In this document: piece after piece, positions 1-12,264 of the stretch | Position numbering within the stretch: the first letter of the stretch is position 1 | Layout of the letters: each line of letters begins with the position of its first letter | Source of the DNA: Prasinococcaceae sp. CCMP 1430 | Lineage: Eukaryota > Plantae > Prasinodermophyta | DNA: 64,000 nt | Direction: 5' to 3' | NCBI GenBank assembly: GCA_013416795.1 | Contig: RQSC01000008.1 | Span: 105,503 to 169,502, forward strand | Notes under the pieces: generated by a model | Databases searched by the model: none | What the model was told of the DNA's origin: nothing | The model's input: the letters and a program-made list of their open reading frames with translations, nothing else | Program-made: the position numbers and the translations under genes

Positions 1-488
1 CATGGCACGTCGCGTTTGGGTTCGAAGCGCAGGATGATATTTGATGGTGGATTCATTGCATATCGGGTTTGGGTTCGGAGCGTCTCGAAGCCGCAGGAGG
101 AAACATCAAAGATGTCATCCGCGCGTGCGCACGCGCGCCCCGTTGGCGCCTCTAGCTAGTAGACCTCCCATGTAGTCTGTCCTTGAGACAAAGTTTTAGA
201 GCATATCATCTGTACAACTCTGGGTGACGCGTCTCACGCGCTACGTCTGCCAAAAGCGACGTCCCTGGGCTCTGTTCGGCGAGGTGGAGCATGGGTCGGT
301 CGGTGAGTAAGGGAGGGGAGGGGGGAGGTACTAGCTCCAGAGACGGCAGCTCTTGGGTCACAGTGTTTACTGCAGGGAGCGTGCGCGCGATCGATGTCAG
401 CAACAGCGCACTCATTCCAATCTCCTGAGGTCGCGCGCGTCCATTCGCGCGTGCGCGCATGCGCCCAAGAGCGCGCGAGGACGCACCG

Positions 489-1585
489 TATCCGTCTTGG
501 CCTTCTCCAGGCCGAGCACGTCCTTGAGAACACCGTACATGACCAGTCGGATGGCATTCTGCGGGACCACCTTCACCGTATTAGCCCACCAGCCTTGATA
601 GAAGCCGTTGATGAAACCCTCTTTGCTGGCGATGGTCACCAGAGCGTTGCCCATGCTGCTGTACGTGTTGCCCGCCATCTGCATCCTCCTCCGCACCGTA
701 TCGAGGGGATAGCACACCGTAGTGGCCACCGTCCCCGCCGCCGCGCCAACGAAAAGCTTGGTGACCACGCCAGGCGGGACGCCCGCCTCAGCGATCTTGT
801 TGTTAATGGTGTCGAATGAGAAGAAGTTGAGCGCAGTGTAGGGCGCCACGCCGACGAGCGTGGGGAAGATGCCTTTGAACATCGAGCCCGCCCCTTCCTT
901 CGCGATCATTGAGCGCGCGGCGTGGATGGGCCCATGGTATCCACTGTTGGGCATGGCCAGCCGCAGGCGCACGGTGTCGAGAGGGTGCGTGAGCGCTGTG
1001 CCGGTCATGCCCGCCAGGCCACCGGCCACCAGCCGGCGCGCCGTGGTCAGGTTGCCATTCTCATCCGCGAGGAAGGCCTTGTACTGGTCGTTGGCGGCGA
1101 GCTGCGCGGCCGAGTACGGGAAAATGCGGATGATGTTGACGCCGTTGCCCTTCCAGTACGCAAGAATGCCCTCCTCCTTGGCGATCTTGACCAGCGCCTG
1201 CCCCACGCCCGTGTACGCGCCCTGAGCGGCACCGCCCTGTCCGAGCGCCTGCACCTGCATGAGGAGCTTAATGCGGTCGAGCGGCGCCGTGCATGTGCGC
1301 GCGATGGCACCCGCGCCACCGCCCGCGAAGAAGAGCTGCCAAACGCGAGCACGCGGTGCGCGACAGGCGGCGCAGGCGCGGTGCGTGCCACGGAAATGCG
1401 CAGTCAGCCACGCGGTCGGCCGGCGCGCGCGCGCTGTGGAAGGGGCTGGGGAGGAGGCGCACAGCGGCGGCGACGCGCTCGGAGATACGTGAGCGGTCGG
1501 CGAACCGCACGCGCCTCACCTTTGCGCTGCGCTCATACTGGCCGAGGAAGCCGCCGGCCGCCGGCTGTCGGGCGCGACGCTGCAT
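489..1585 (-). CDS. Mitochondrial carrier family protein, thylakoid/envelope ADP,ATP carrier (TAAC/EAAC)-like
   Basis: Three Px[DE]xx[KR] signatures (PLDRIK, PLDTVR, PLDTVRRR). Exon 1 1585-1520 (MQRR...SAK), GT-AG intron 1519-1336, exon 2 from 1335 (LFFAGGGAGAIARTCTAPLDRIKLL) to ...LEKAKTDT, then a GTGCGT donor. Terminal exon and stop unresolved. Confidence 0.9.
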
Positions 1586-2532
1586 GAGTCAGTTTCGCAG
1601 AGCGCGCGCCCGCGCGCGCGCGCGCGGCAGCCACACGATGGGCCGCCGTTCGCCGCCCCGCGAATTCGCGCCCGCGCGCCGCGAAAAGCGAATGCGGCCG
1701 ATCCTCTCAGCGCGCGTTTCGCGCAGCGGCCCGCGATGCGAAACAGTCATCGTCGACTTTAAGGGTTGGCACGAACCCAATCCAAACCAATTTCAGCATG
1801 TCATTTGCAAACGTGCCTGTCATGAGCATTTAGGGTCTGGGACTCCGTGCGCTGGCGTTCATTCATCATTCGCGCATCACACACACGCATTGAGCACTTC
1901 GAAGAAAGAGCCCGCCCGGTCGGTATCGCTACGTGAGGAGATGACTGATCTCCCGTGGTTGTGTGTGACTGTACATTCAATCACGAGTTTGGACGGAGCG
2001 AAACTTGCCGAATTGGAATTGCCGCCGGCGAGGCGAATGAAACGACGCGGCTCGATTGATCGAGGAAAAGCAAGCCACGCCGGCAAAAACGCAATGAAAA
2101 TCGCATCCGAAAACCGGAGCATCGATCCGATGCATCCATCCATCCATCGATCGGTCAGATCAATCGATCCGCGCCGCCGCTTGGTTTGCCCCGCCGGCGA
2201 TCCGTCTCCCACCACCAACAACAAAAAACGGATCCCAAAAAAAAACGGCAGAATCGGATGACTGACGGACTGACTGACTGACTGACTGCATTGCAATTGG
2301 ATTGATGGATTGGTGGATTGCGGGAGACGACGAGGCGCGGCCCGGCCGGAAGGGGCAGAGGAGCAGGCTCCCGGATGGGATGTTGCGGGCGCGAGCGCGC
2401 GCGCGCGGCGCGCGGGGCGGGGAAAACTGTATGTTTTTCCCCGGTTGGGTGGGGCTCGATCGATCGAGCTCGGGCTCGAGAGGCGCGTCGCCGCGGCCGT
2501 TCGCGCCAGACGGCGCGCGCGCGGCACGTCAN

Positions 2533-2672
2533 GCGGCCGAGAGTGGCGAGGACCCCATCCAGCTCGCCGCGCGCTTCGCGGACGAGTTTCACGTCGACAT
2601 GGAGGCGCTGCGCTGCCTGCCGCCCACCTTCGAGCCGCGTGTGTCGCAGCACATGGACGACATCATCGCCAT
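2533..2672 (+). pseudogene. Isolated cysteinyl-tRNA synthetase-like fragment
   Basis: AAESGEDPIQLAARFADEFHVDMEALRCLPPTFEPRVSQHMDDIIA matches the CysRS segment between HIGH and KMSKS as I recall it. It starts right after the single n at 2532 and no other CysRS part is present. Confidence 0.65.
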
Positions 2673-2797
2673 CCGCCAGCGCCGCGAGCGCGCGGCTCGC
2701 GCGGCTCGCGCTGGCGAACGCGGCCACCGGGGCGTCGCGACGTGCGTGTTCCCTGCATCGCCCTGACGCTCGCGCGCGCGCGCTGCCGCCCGCGCAG

Positions 2798-5700
2798 TGG
2801 CGGCCTCCAAGGCGATCCGCTCGATGCGGCGCTGGGCATACCAGGTGACGCGCCGTCGCGACTCGCTGCGCCTGGTGGTGATGGCGACGCCCGAGGACAT
2901 AAAAGCAAACGCGGAGTACGTGCGCCTCGCTGACGACTTCGTGCACGTGCCGGGCGGCGCAAACAAGAACAATTTCAACAACATTGACCTCATCGTCAAG
3001 ACGGCCATCCAGTGCGAAGTCGACGCCGTCTGGCCCGGCTGGGGCCACGCGAGCGAGAACCCCCGCCTGCCGCGCGACCTCGATGCGGCCGGCATCGTCT
3101 TCATGGGCCCGCCCGCGTCGGCCATCGACGCCGTGGGTGACAAGATCCGCGCAAACCTGCTCGCGCAGTCAAACCGCGTCAACGTCATCCCGTGGTCGGG
3201 CACGGGCCTGACCCTGGAGGGTACCACGGTTCCGCCCGAGACGATGGAGGCTGCGTGCGTCCACTCCGCCGAGGAGGCGCTCGCGAGCGCTCAGAAGATC
3301 GGCTACCCCATCATGGTGAAGGCCTCGGAGGGTGGCGGCGGCAAGGGCATCCGCATGGTGAACACGGACGAGGAGTGCGTGAATGGCTACAACCAGGTCA
3401 TCGCCGAGGTCATTGGCTCGCCCGTTTTTTTGCAGAAGCTCAGCCAGCGCTCGCGCCACCTGGAGGTGCAGGTGCTCGCCGACGCGTACGGCACGGCCGT
3501 GCACCTCTACTCGCGCGACTGCTCCGTGCAACGCCGTCACCAAAAGATCATCGAGGAGGGACCCGTGGTCGTGGCCCCGGCGGACGTGCGCAGGGAGCTC
3601 GAGGACGGTGCCGTGCGGCTGTGCGAGGCCGTTGGGTACCGCTCGGCCGGCACCGTGGAGTACCTGTACAACGGCGACGAGTACTCTTTCCTCGAGGTGA
3701 ACCCGCGCCTGCAGGTCGAGCACCCGGTCACAGAGTCCATCACTGGCATCAACATCCCGGCCTGCCAGCTGCAGGTCGCCATGGGCATCCCCCTGCACCG
3801 CATCGCCGACGTGCGCGCCTACTATGGCTGTGACCGGGAGGGAGATGATGTGATCGACTTCTCAAACACGCGCCCCAATCCTCCGCTCTGCCACTGCATG
3901 GCCGCGCGCATCACCGCCGAGGACCCGGAGGAGGGCTTTAAGCCCTCGTCGGGGCGCATCACCGAGCTCGCCTTCCGCTCGCAGCCCAACGTGAGCGCCA
4001 ACTTTTCGATATCCACGACGGGCGAAGTGCACCAGTTCGCGGACTCTCAGTTCGGCCACGTCTTCGCGTGCGGACGGACCCGCGACGACGCGAACCGCCT
4101 GCTTGTGCACACGCTTAGTGAGCTCACCATCCGCGGAGAGATTGCGAACAACGTGAAGTACGTGGCCAATCTGCTCGAGAGGCCCGAGTTCGTCGCCAAC
4201 GAGCACGACACCGCGTGGCTCGATGGCCTCATCGCGACGAAGCACAAGCCAAAGCCCGTGCCTCCGCAGGTTGCGGTTCTCTGCGGTGCCATCGTGCAGG
4301 CCGTGGAGTGCACGCGCGCCGCGCAGGAGCACGCGGTCGGTGTGCTCGCCCGCGGCGTGTCGCCCAGCGCGCAAGAGCTGCGTTTCAACGAGCTCATCTT
4401 TGAGCTCATCTACAACGACGTGAAGTACCGCCTCCGCGTCACGCGCGGCTCAGCGGACTCGTTTTTGGTGTGGTGCAACGGCGCGCTCACCAAGGCGCAC
4501 GTGGTGACGCTCGCCGACGGTGGCTTCCTCGTGCTGGTCGACGGCCAGTCCCACAAGGTGTACGAGAACCTCTCCAAGGTTGGGAAGCGCATCATGATCG
4601 ACGGTGCGCCCTGCTTCTTCCCCGACGACTTGGACCCCTCGTGCCTGGTGGCCACGTCCGCCGGCAAGCTGGTCGAGTACCTCGTGCCCGACGGTGGAAA
4701 GGTGGCCGCAGGCCAGCCCTACGCCAACATGGAAGCGATGAAGATGATCCTGCCGCTTGTCGCGGGCGTCGCGGGCACCATCAACCACAAGGTCGCCCCC
4801 GGGAGCGCCATTGACCTCGGCGAGACCATCGCTAAGCTCGACTTGGAGGACCCCTCGAAGGTGAAGCTGGTCCCGATGTTTGACGGCCAGTTCCCTGCGC
4901 TTGCGCCACGCCGCTCGTCGTCGAAGGGCGCGGGTGAAGTGCAAAACCTCGCCGACGCCTTCGTCACCGCGCGCGAGAGCCTAACAAACCTGATGAGGGG
5001 CGAGGACGTTATCGGGGACCCATTCTCAGAGCTGATGACCTTCCTGTCCGACCCGCGCCTGGCCGTGCAGATGATGGGCGAGCAGGTCGAACTGCTCGCG
5101 GCCACGCTTCCCGACGCTCCCGCGAGGGAGCTGATGTCGCTGCAGCGCGCGGCTGCCTCCACCGCCTCGACGCTCGCCGAGTCAAAGTACGGTCGCAAGG
5201 GCCTCGGTGAGGACGACATCTCTCTCATCGTCAAGTCGTACAAGGCCTTCCTCGCAAAGCACGCTGATGCCGCGCCTCTCGCGATCGTCGAGGGGATGGA
5301 GGCTGTGCTCGACAAGTTCCAGGACGGCTTCGCCGTGTTCGGCACGGGCGTGCTCTGCTCTTTGCTGCAGGAATATCTCGACGTCGAGAACGCCTTCTCG
5401 GGCCTGCCGCTGCAGGACGCCATGCTGGCGCTGCGCGAGGCGCACGCCGACGATCTGAGCAAGGCGGTTGAATTCGGCTACTCGCACATGTCCCTCAACC
5501 GCAAGAATGCGCTCGTGGTTGAGGTACTCATTCAGCTCGCCGACATGACGCACGTGCTGGAGGTGGCCGAGATCATTTCTTCCCTCACCGCGCTCGAGGG
5601 CTCTGCGTACTCGGACGTCGTGCAGGCGGCCAACAAGGCGCTGCTAGCGGCCGAGGGCCAGCAGCGCGACTCGGACCGCAAGTGGAAGTCCCTGCAAGAG

Positions 5701-8700
5701 CATTTCAAGATGAGCCTCGACCTGCTCAAGGATATTCAGTCGGACGATGAGGACGCGAACTCCCCGCGCATCCGTGTGCGTCCCAAGTCGAGTGAGTCGA
5801 AAGGCGTCGTGCCGCCTCATGGGGAGGGAAACGGCCGCAAGCACCTCAGCATCTGCACCTCAATGTCACTTGACGACTTGGTGTCCTCCAACTCGAGCGA
5901 TGACTGTGAGGTGGACTCGGCAATCTCGCGTGTCGGCCGCTCAACCCGCCAGGGAACACGCGTGAAGAAGTCGCGCCACACCTCGGACTCGATCATGCAT
6001 GCCGTGCAGATCTCCGAGGCCGTGCGCGATCACGACTTTCGAAAGGACCGCCAGCCCATGCAGGCCATCACCTGGACGAGCCTGTTCGACGATTCGAACA
6101 CGCAGAAGCGTGTATCCACCGTCAAGTTTTGGTTCAAGCAGTATCACGCGCACGATATCACGTGTGAGCCGAGGGCTGACTCGCTGTGCGTCAAATTCAA
6201 TGGTGACAAGGTGGTCATGCACATGGTGAAGGGTGTGGAGCAGATGATCGCGGTGCTTTCCAGCGACAACTTCGTGAACCACAGGTTGTTGGGCTTCACC
6301 CTCAACATGCCGGGCATGCGCGCGCGCTCTTTCGACGAGCTCAACCAGCACTTCGAGCGGATTCTGAGGGAGCACACGCCGAAGGGCTGGGCTTACGGCA
6401 CGCCGGGAATCGTCTACGTCACGGTTGCAGAGGAGGGCGTCGCACCCACCCACCTGTACTTCACCGTGACGCCTGTAGAGGAGGCCTCCGACAAGGGCCC
6501 CACGACTGTGGCACCGCTTCCGGGCCTGATGGACATCGATCCCGTTCTGGCCGCACACTATGAGATTAGCCGCCTGTCGGGCTTCTCCTACAAGAACATC
6601 TCGAACATGGCGAGTTCAGGCAAGTGCCCGGCAGGCACGAGGAAAGAGTTCAGTTTCATGGCCAAGAGCGCTGACTACCACATCGGCGTCTTCCTTGGCG
6701 AGGAACTGGCGCCCGTTAAAACCGCAGGCATGCACGACCGCCGCGTGTTCCTGCGCGCCGCCGTGTACAACAAGGCCATCTTCCTCGAGGAGAAGTCGCT
6801 GTCATCGCTGCCGGCGGCCTCGGCGGGCCATGCGCGCTCTTTGTCGGCCGTGTTCGACAGGAAGGCGCAGGACGGCTCGCGCCCCAGGCTGCTCGCTGCC
6901 GGCAAATCGACGGCTCTACGCAAGACTCGCTTGCTGAAGGGTTCTCGCACCTCGTACTCTAGCCTGAGCACACTCAAAGCCCGCGACCCACCGGCTGACC
7001 CCATGGCGGAGGACGATTCATCGATGCCGCGCTCGCGTTCCGCCAACGAGGGGTTCGACGATGGCGGCGACAAGTGGCTCGGCCTGCGCGAAGACTCGAT
7101 TCTGCGCGACATTCTCGACCACCTCAAGCTCACCGTCCCTGTCACTGAGACCGCCTGGAATCACGTCTTCGTCAACATGATCGACAGCACACCCGAGGAC
7201 GCCCACTCGGTCGAGCAGGTTGTGCGCACCTTCACCGATGAGTACGCGTACGACCTGCACGCGAACAAGGTGGCCAACATCGAGGTGAAATGCGGAAACG
7301 CGCGCATCGTAGCCTCAAACCCCACCGGCTTGAGCTGGCAGATCACCGCCGCGATGGCGGAGGCGCCCTCGGGCGCTGCTGCTGTGCCCGGGTACGATGC
7401 CAAGCTCGAGCCCTATCCGGTGCTTAATAAGGTGGAGCGCAAGCGCATGCGAGCGCAGAACGTCAACTCGACGTACGTGTACGACTTCATCGAGCTCTTC
7501 GCGCAGTGCGCCCGCTCCGTGAACATCGTAGACATGGACGAAACGGACGATACCTTTTCGCACTTCTCGGCAAAGGAGCTCGTGCTGACTGGTGGCCCCG
7601 ACGGCGAACTGGATGAGATCGTGCGCGAGCCCGGCATGAACAACGTAGCGATGGTTGCGTGGGAGTGCAAGGTGCGCACCGACGACTACCCAAACGGCCG
7701 CGACTTTATCCTGGTGGCGAGCGACATCACGCACTTGAGCGGTTCGTTCGCACCCGCTGAAGACAACGTGTACAAGGCGGCGTTCGACCGCGCCATCGCT
7801 CGCGGCATTCCGGTGGTGTACATCGCCGCCAACTCGGGCGCGCGTATCGGGCTCGACGAGAAGGTCAAGGCGGCGTTCCGTGTGGCGTGGGTGGATGCCA
7901 AGGACCCCTCCAAGGGATTCAGGTATCTGTATCTTTCTGAGGGCGACTACGAGCGGCTGAGCGAGGGCGGGCGCACCTTCACAGCCGAGCGCATCGAGGA
8001 GGAAGGCCAGGTCCGCTGGAAGCTGGTGGACGTCTACGGTGGCGTGGGTGTTGAGTGCCTGCAGGGGAGCGGCACAATTGCGAGCGTCACCTCGAAGGCG
8101 CGCGCGGAGACGACGACGCTCACGTACGTCACCGGCCGCTCGGTGGGCATCGGCGCCTACGTTGCGCGCCTTGGGCAGCGTGTCATCCAGCACGCGCAGG
8201 CGCCGCTCGTCCTCACGGGGGCGTCAGCGCTCAACAAGCTTCTCGGCCGTGAGGTGTACTCCTCGAACGACCAGATTGGCGGCCCGAAGGTGATGGGCAA
8301 CAACGGCGTGTCAAACCTCGTTGTGAACGACGACGTGGAGGGCGTCCAGGCCATCCTGGAGTGGCTGAGCTACGTGCCCGAGCGGCGTGGCGCGCCGCTC
8401 CCTTGGCGTCTGCCCAGGGACCCGTCAAGCCGCGAGCTGATCGTGGTGCCCAGCCGCGCGCCGAGCGACCCGCGCACGTGGGTTCGCGACTTCTTCGACC
8501 GCGGCTCGTTCACTGAATGCCTCATCGGCTGGGGCAAGACGGTGGTGTGCGGCCGCGCGCGCCTGGGCGGCACGCCCATAGGCGCCATCGCCGTCGAGAC
8601 CCGGCTGACCGAGAAGGTGGTCCCGGCCGACCCGGGCTTCGAGGGATCGCAGCGCCAGGTGGAGCAGCAGGCGGGCACCGTGTGGTTCCCGGACAGCGCA

Positions 8701-9516
8701 TGCAAGACGGTGCAGATGATAAACGACCTCAACGAGGAGGGCCTGCCGCTCATGATGTTCGCCAATTTCCGCGGCTTCGCGGGTGGCCTCCGCGACATGT
8801 TCGGCGAGATCCTCAAGTATGGCTCGTACATTGTCGACGCGCTCCGCACCTTCCGCCAGCCCGTGTTCGTGTACGTGCCGCACGAGGGCGAGCTGCGCGG
8901 TGGCGCGTGGGTTGTCATCGACCCCACCATCAACCCGGAGATGATGGAGATGTACGCGGCGGAGACGTGCCGCGCGGGCGTGTTGGAGCCCGAGGGCATC
9001 GTGGACATCAAGTTCCGCAAGCCGGACCTCATGAAGGCCATGCACCGCAACGATCCGTCGCTTGATCTGCTTCCGAAGGAGGCCCGCGAGAAGCGCGAGC
9101 AAGAGCTCATGCCCCTGTACAAAAACGTCAGCGTTGCCTTCGCGGCAATGCACGACACGCCCGGCGTCATGCTTCAGAAGGGGGCCATCCGCGAGGTTGT
9201 GCCTTGGAAGCAGAGCAGGCAATTCTTCATCACGCGCCTGCGCAAGAGGCTCGCGATCGACGCCATGAAGAGAGCGGTCATCGCGGCGTGGCCATCTGCG
9301 CCTACGGACGCGGTGCAGCGTGTGCTTGACGCGCACGCGGATACCGTGGAGATGCTGTCCACGCATGTGCAGGGCCCGGTGAACGTCATGACGCCCGAGC
9401 TCGAGGCCGACGTGGCCGCTGTGCGCGCGGAGCACATCAAGGCGACAGTCGTCGCCATGTGCAACGAGGACGCTGGAGCCGTGAGGGCCGCCATCGCTGC
9501 TGCTGATCTGTTGTAG
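2798..9516 (+). CDS. ACC: Homomeric multidomain acetyl-CoA carboxylase (BC-BCCP-central-CT); 5' exon(s) missing
   Basis: BC motifs WPGWGHASENP, KASEGGGGKGIR, RDCSVQRRHQKIIEEGP, FLEVNPRLQVEHPVTE; biotin motif EAMKM; CT motifs ANSGARIG, GIGAYVARLG, FANFRGFAGG, GELRGGAWVVIDPTIN. One 6.7-kb exon starts after a CTGAC branch site and CAG acceptor (2795-2797). The expected LIANNG N-terminus is absent. Confidence 0.97.
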
Positions 9517-9951
9517 GCGGGACGAGACCTGCGAAGGCGAGACGCGTTGTGACCACAGACTGATGGCAAACCCATTTATGTTGCTCTCGCCCTCCTATCT
9601 CAACTGAACCCTGTAAATTACACACGCCGTCCTCCTTGGTTGGGGCCGCATTCCTTCGGCGACACTCAGCGCCTCGCGCCCGCCCCGCCGTCGCCGGCGC
9701 ACAACGCCACTGTCGCGCTGCGCTTTGGGTGCTCGCGGCGCTTGCGCACTGCACCGCGAGTCTGCCAGACACACACCCTCGCAGTGTACGTGCACAGTGT
9801 GCAACTCTGCGTCTTACGTGCATTCATGGGCGCGTGCAGAATGCAATGCCACTGGCAGCGCTCGCAGATCAGGCTTGGTTGCAGCTCGTTTGCTTGATAC
9901 AGTCGGGGCCAGGATCGCCCGTCGCTTCATGCCGTGCCGATAGCCTTCGCG

Positions 9952-11181
9952 TCACTTCTTAGCGAGGAGCGTCACGCGGCGTTGGAAAATCTCTGACCAC
10001 TTCTCAGGCTTGTACGTGGACGTGGCGCCCTCAGCGAGCAGCTCCTGGACCGGCACGATCAGCGGTTCATTGTACTCGGGCGAGCGGTTGGTGTAAGCGC
10101 ATGAAAAGTAGGCGATGCCCGCGCGACCGTCGTGCGCGCCGGTCGGCATGCGCACGCGGTGCACGGCGGACGTGAACGCGTCGTTGGACCACTGGCGCAT
10201 TAGATCTCCGCAGTTGACGTACACGCCTCCCTTTACGACAGGAGGCGCGCGCCACTCGTCATCCTCAACCACCTCGAGTCCCGGACGGTCGGCGATGAGC
10301 AGCGTGCACACGCCAAAGTCCGTGTGCGCGCCAAGATGCGCGAAGCCGGGCTTGCCGGCGCACGGGTCGTCCGCCTCGTCCACGGGGGGGTAGAAGTTGT
10401 ATCGCATCATACCGGCGTGCCCCTCGAGGGGCGTGATGAAGGTCCGGCGGTCCAAGCCCGCGCTCAGCGCGAGCAGCGCACGCACGTCCAGGCTGAGCGC
10501 CTCGAGCTCTCGCGCGTACTCAATGGACTTCTCGCGGAATGTGTAGGCGGCCTCCGTGCCTTCCGGCCACACACCCGCCATCGAGTGGCGCGCCATACGC
10601 TGACAGCGCTCATCGTCGGCGGCACAGGCACAGAAGATCTGTATGTGATCGACCTTGGGCTCGTCCGTGTCAGTCCTGTTCATCATACGCGCGATCGAAT
10701 TCAGGCCCTTGCGCTGCAAGCCGAGAACCATCTTTGGCGGTGCGAAGTCGACCGGGAAGCGCACGTTGCTGTCGCTGTGGATCTCGCGCATGAGGCGCAG
10801 CGAGTCGGCCATCAGGTCCTCGTCGATGCCGGTGTTCACCAGAATGAAGAAGCCGACGCCGCGGGCGGCCTCGCCCATGATATTGGCAGCGGCCGCGACG
10901 GCGTCGGCGTCTTGCTCGTTCCCGTCTGCGACGCCGCGGACGCCGGTCATGTCGACACGCGGCAGGTCGAGCGGCGCGGGCTGCCAGGGGGCGCCGTCAT
11001 CGGGTGCGGCTGCCTCTGCAGCGGCGTTTGCGCGGTCGAGGGTGCTGTTGACGGCGTCGAGCGTCTGCGTGCCCAGGTCGGAGCCAACGTGCTGCACGGT
11101 GCGGGAGGTCGGGGGCAGTATGCGTGTCGTTGGCCCCGGCGCGGGGCCTGGCACCACGGCGTGCGCGACCTCGACGGCCAT
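9952..11181 (-). CDS. 2-oxoglutarate/Fe(II) dioxygenase (DIOX_N + 2OG-FeII_Oxy, IPNS-like), copy 1
   Basis: LPRVDM...GFFILVNTGI, YNFYPP, GAHTDFG (HxD), VNCGDLMRQWSN, SAVHRV, R-A-G. 409 aa, intronless, from the ATG at 11181. Confidence 0.92.
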   Translation of the reverse strand: MAVEVAHAVVPGPAPGPTTRILPPTSRTVQHVGSDLGTQTLDAVNSTLDRANAAAEAAAPDDGAPWQPAPLDLPRVDMTGVRGVADGNEQDADAVAAAANIMGEAARGVGFFILVNTGIDEDLMADSLRLMREIHSDSNVRFPVDFAPPKMVLGLQRKGLNSIARMMNRTDTDEPKVDHIQIFCACAADDERCQRMARHSMAGVWPEGTEAAYTFREKSIEYARELEALSLDVRALLALSAGLDRRTFITPLEGHAGMMRYNFYPPVDEADDPCAGKPGFAHLGAHTDFGVCTLLIADRPGLEVVEDDEWRAPPVVKGGVYVNCGDLMRQWSNDAFTSAVHRVRMPTGAHDGRAGIAYFSCAYTNRSPEYNEPLIVPVQELLAEGATSTYKPEKWSEIFQRRVTLLAKK

Positions 11182-11625
11182 CCGCCTCTTTCTGATCGTG
11201 GCGTAGACCCGCTGTGGGCTAGTCCGGAGGGCTGCGTCCGGTGAGTCGGCGTTGCTGAGGCTGCAGTGCTGTACTCTCGCGGTGTGGCAGCGCGCGGGGT
11301 GTGGCGCCCTCGCGGGCGGGCGCTCGCCCGAGTGTCGCCCCTCACCGCCGCCGCCTGTGCTCCCTACAGCACCCACTCGCCGCGGTGCAGTCCGAGAGCT
11401 GAGCCTGCGCCGCTGCGTACTCGCGCGCTGCCAGCAGTTTGGCAGCCGAGGACGCGCCGGCCGCCGCCACCCTGACGGCAGCCCGGGCCCCGGGTCGGCG
11501 CTGCTGAGTGAGTGAGGGCCTGCGTCTCCCAAGCCCGCAGCGCGGCGGCGGCGCAGGGGCGTCGGCATTGTGGCGCTCGCCGCGCGCTGCGTCGCCGTGG
11601 GGGCGCGCGGCGGGCGACGCTGCAG

Positions 11626-11676
<51 letters not shown>
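11626..11676 (+). repeat. Poly-C homopolymer (51 nt)
   Basis: Uninterrupted C run between the two dioxygenase genes; the exact length may be affected by sequencing error. Confidence 0.95.
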
Positions 11677-11677
<1 letters not shown>

Positions 11678-12264
11678 TGTCGTCCCTCCGTCCCAGGCCG
11701 CAGAAACGCCCCATCGCCACGCTTCACCGGAATGCAGATTCGCGTTCGAACTATCGTCACGTGGAAGGATGTGCATGCGAAATGACGTACTTTACGTACG
11801 GCCTGCGAATTCGCGCTCCCGCGGCGAATGGGTGGGGCGCAGCGCGGCTCACGCTCGCGTCAGATCAAATCGAATCAACGTGTGAGCGAAGGGGCACGCG
11901 CGAAGGGGCGCGCTGATGTGGATTGGTTTTGGGGGCGTTTCCGGCAACGTGAGCACACTGGGCTGGCAGCGGCGGCGTGCGGGCCCACTGACGGCGGGGC
12001 CACTGCGGGCGGCGGGGGTGGGCACTGGGCAGCGGAATTGCAGCGGCGGTGCGCGCCACACCGCGCAGACAGCACGCCGCGGCCTCAGTCTCGCCTTGGC
12101 CAGCATCAGACCGCCGAGCGGCGCTCCGGCGCCATCCGAATCGCGCCCCGTCGCCCCTCCTCTGGCCGCGCGCCCGCGCAGCCGCGCGCACGTTCGCGCA
12201 GAAGCACTCCGCAGCGGCGGCCGACCTCGCAGCTGACGCGGCAGGCTCCGACACAACAAGGACG

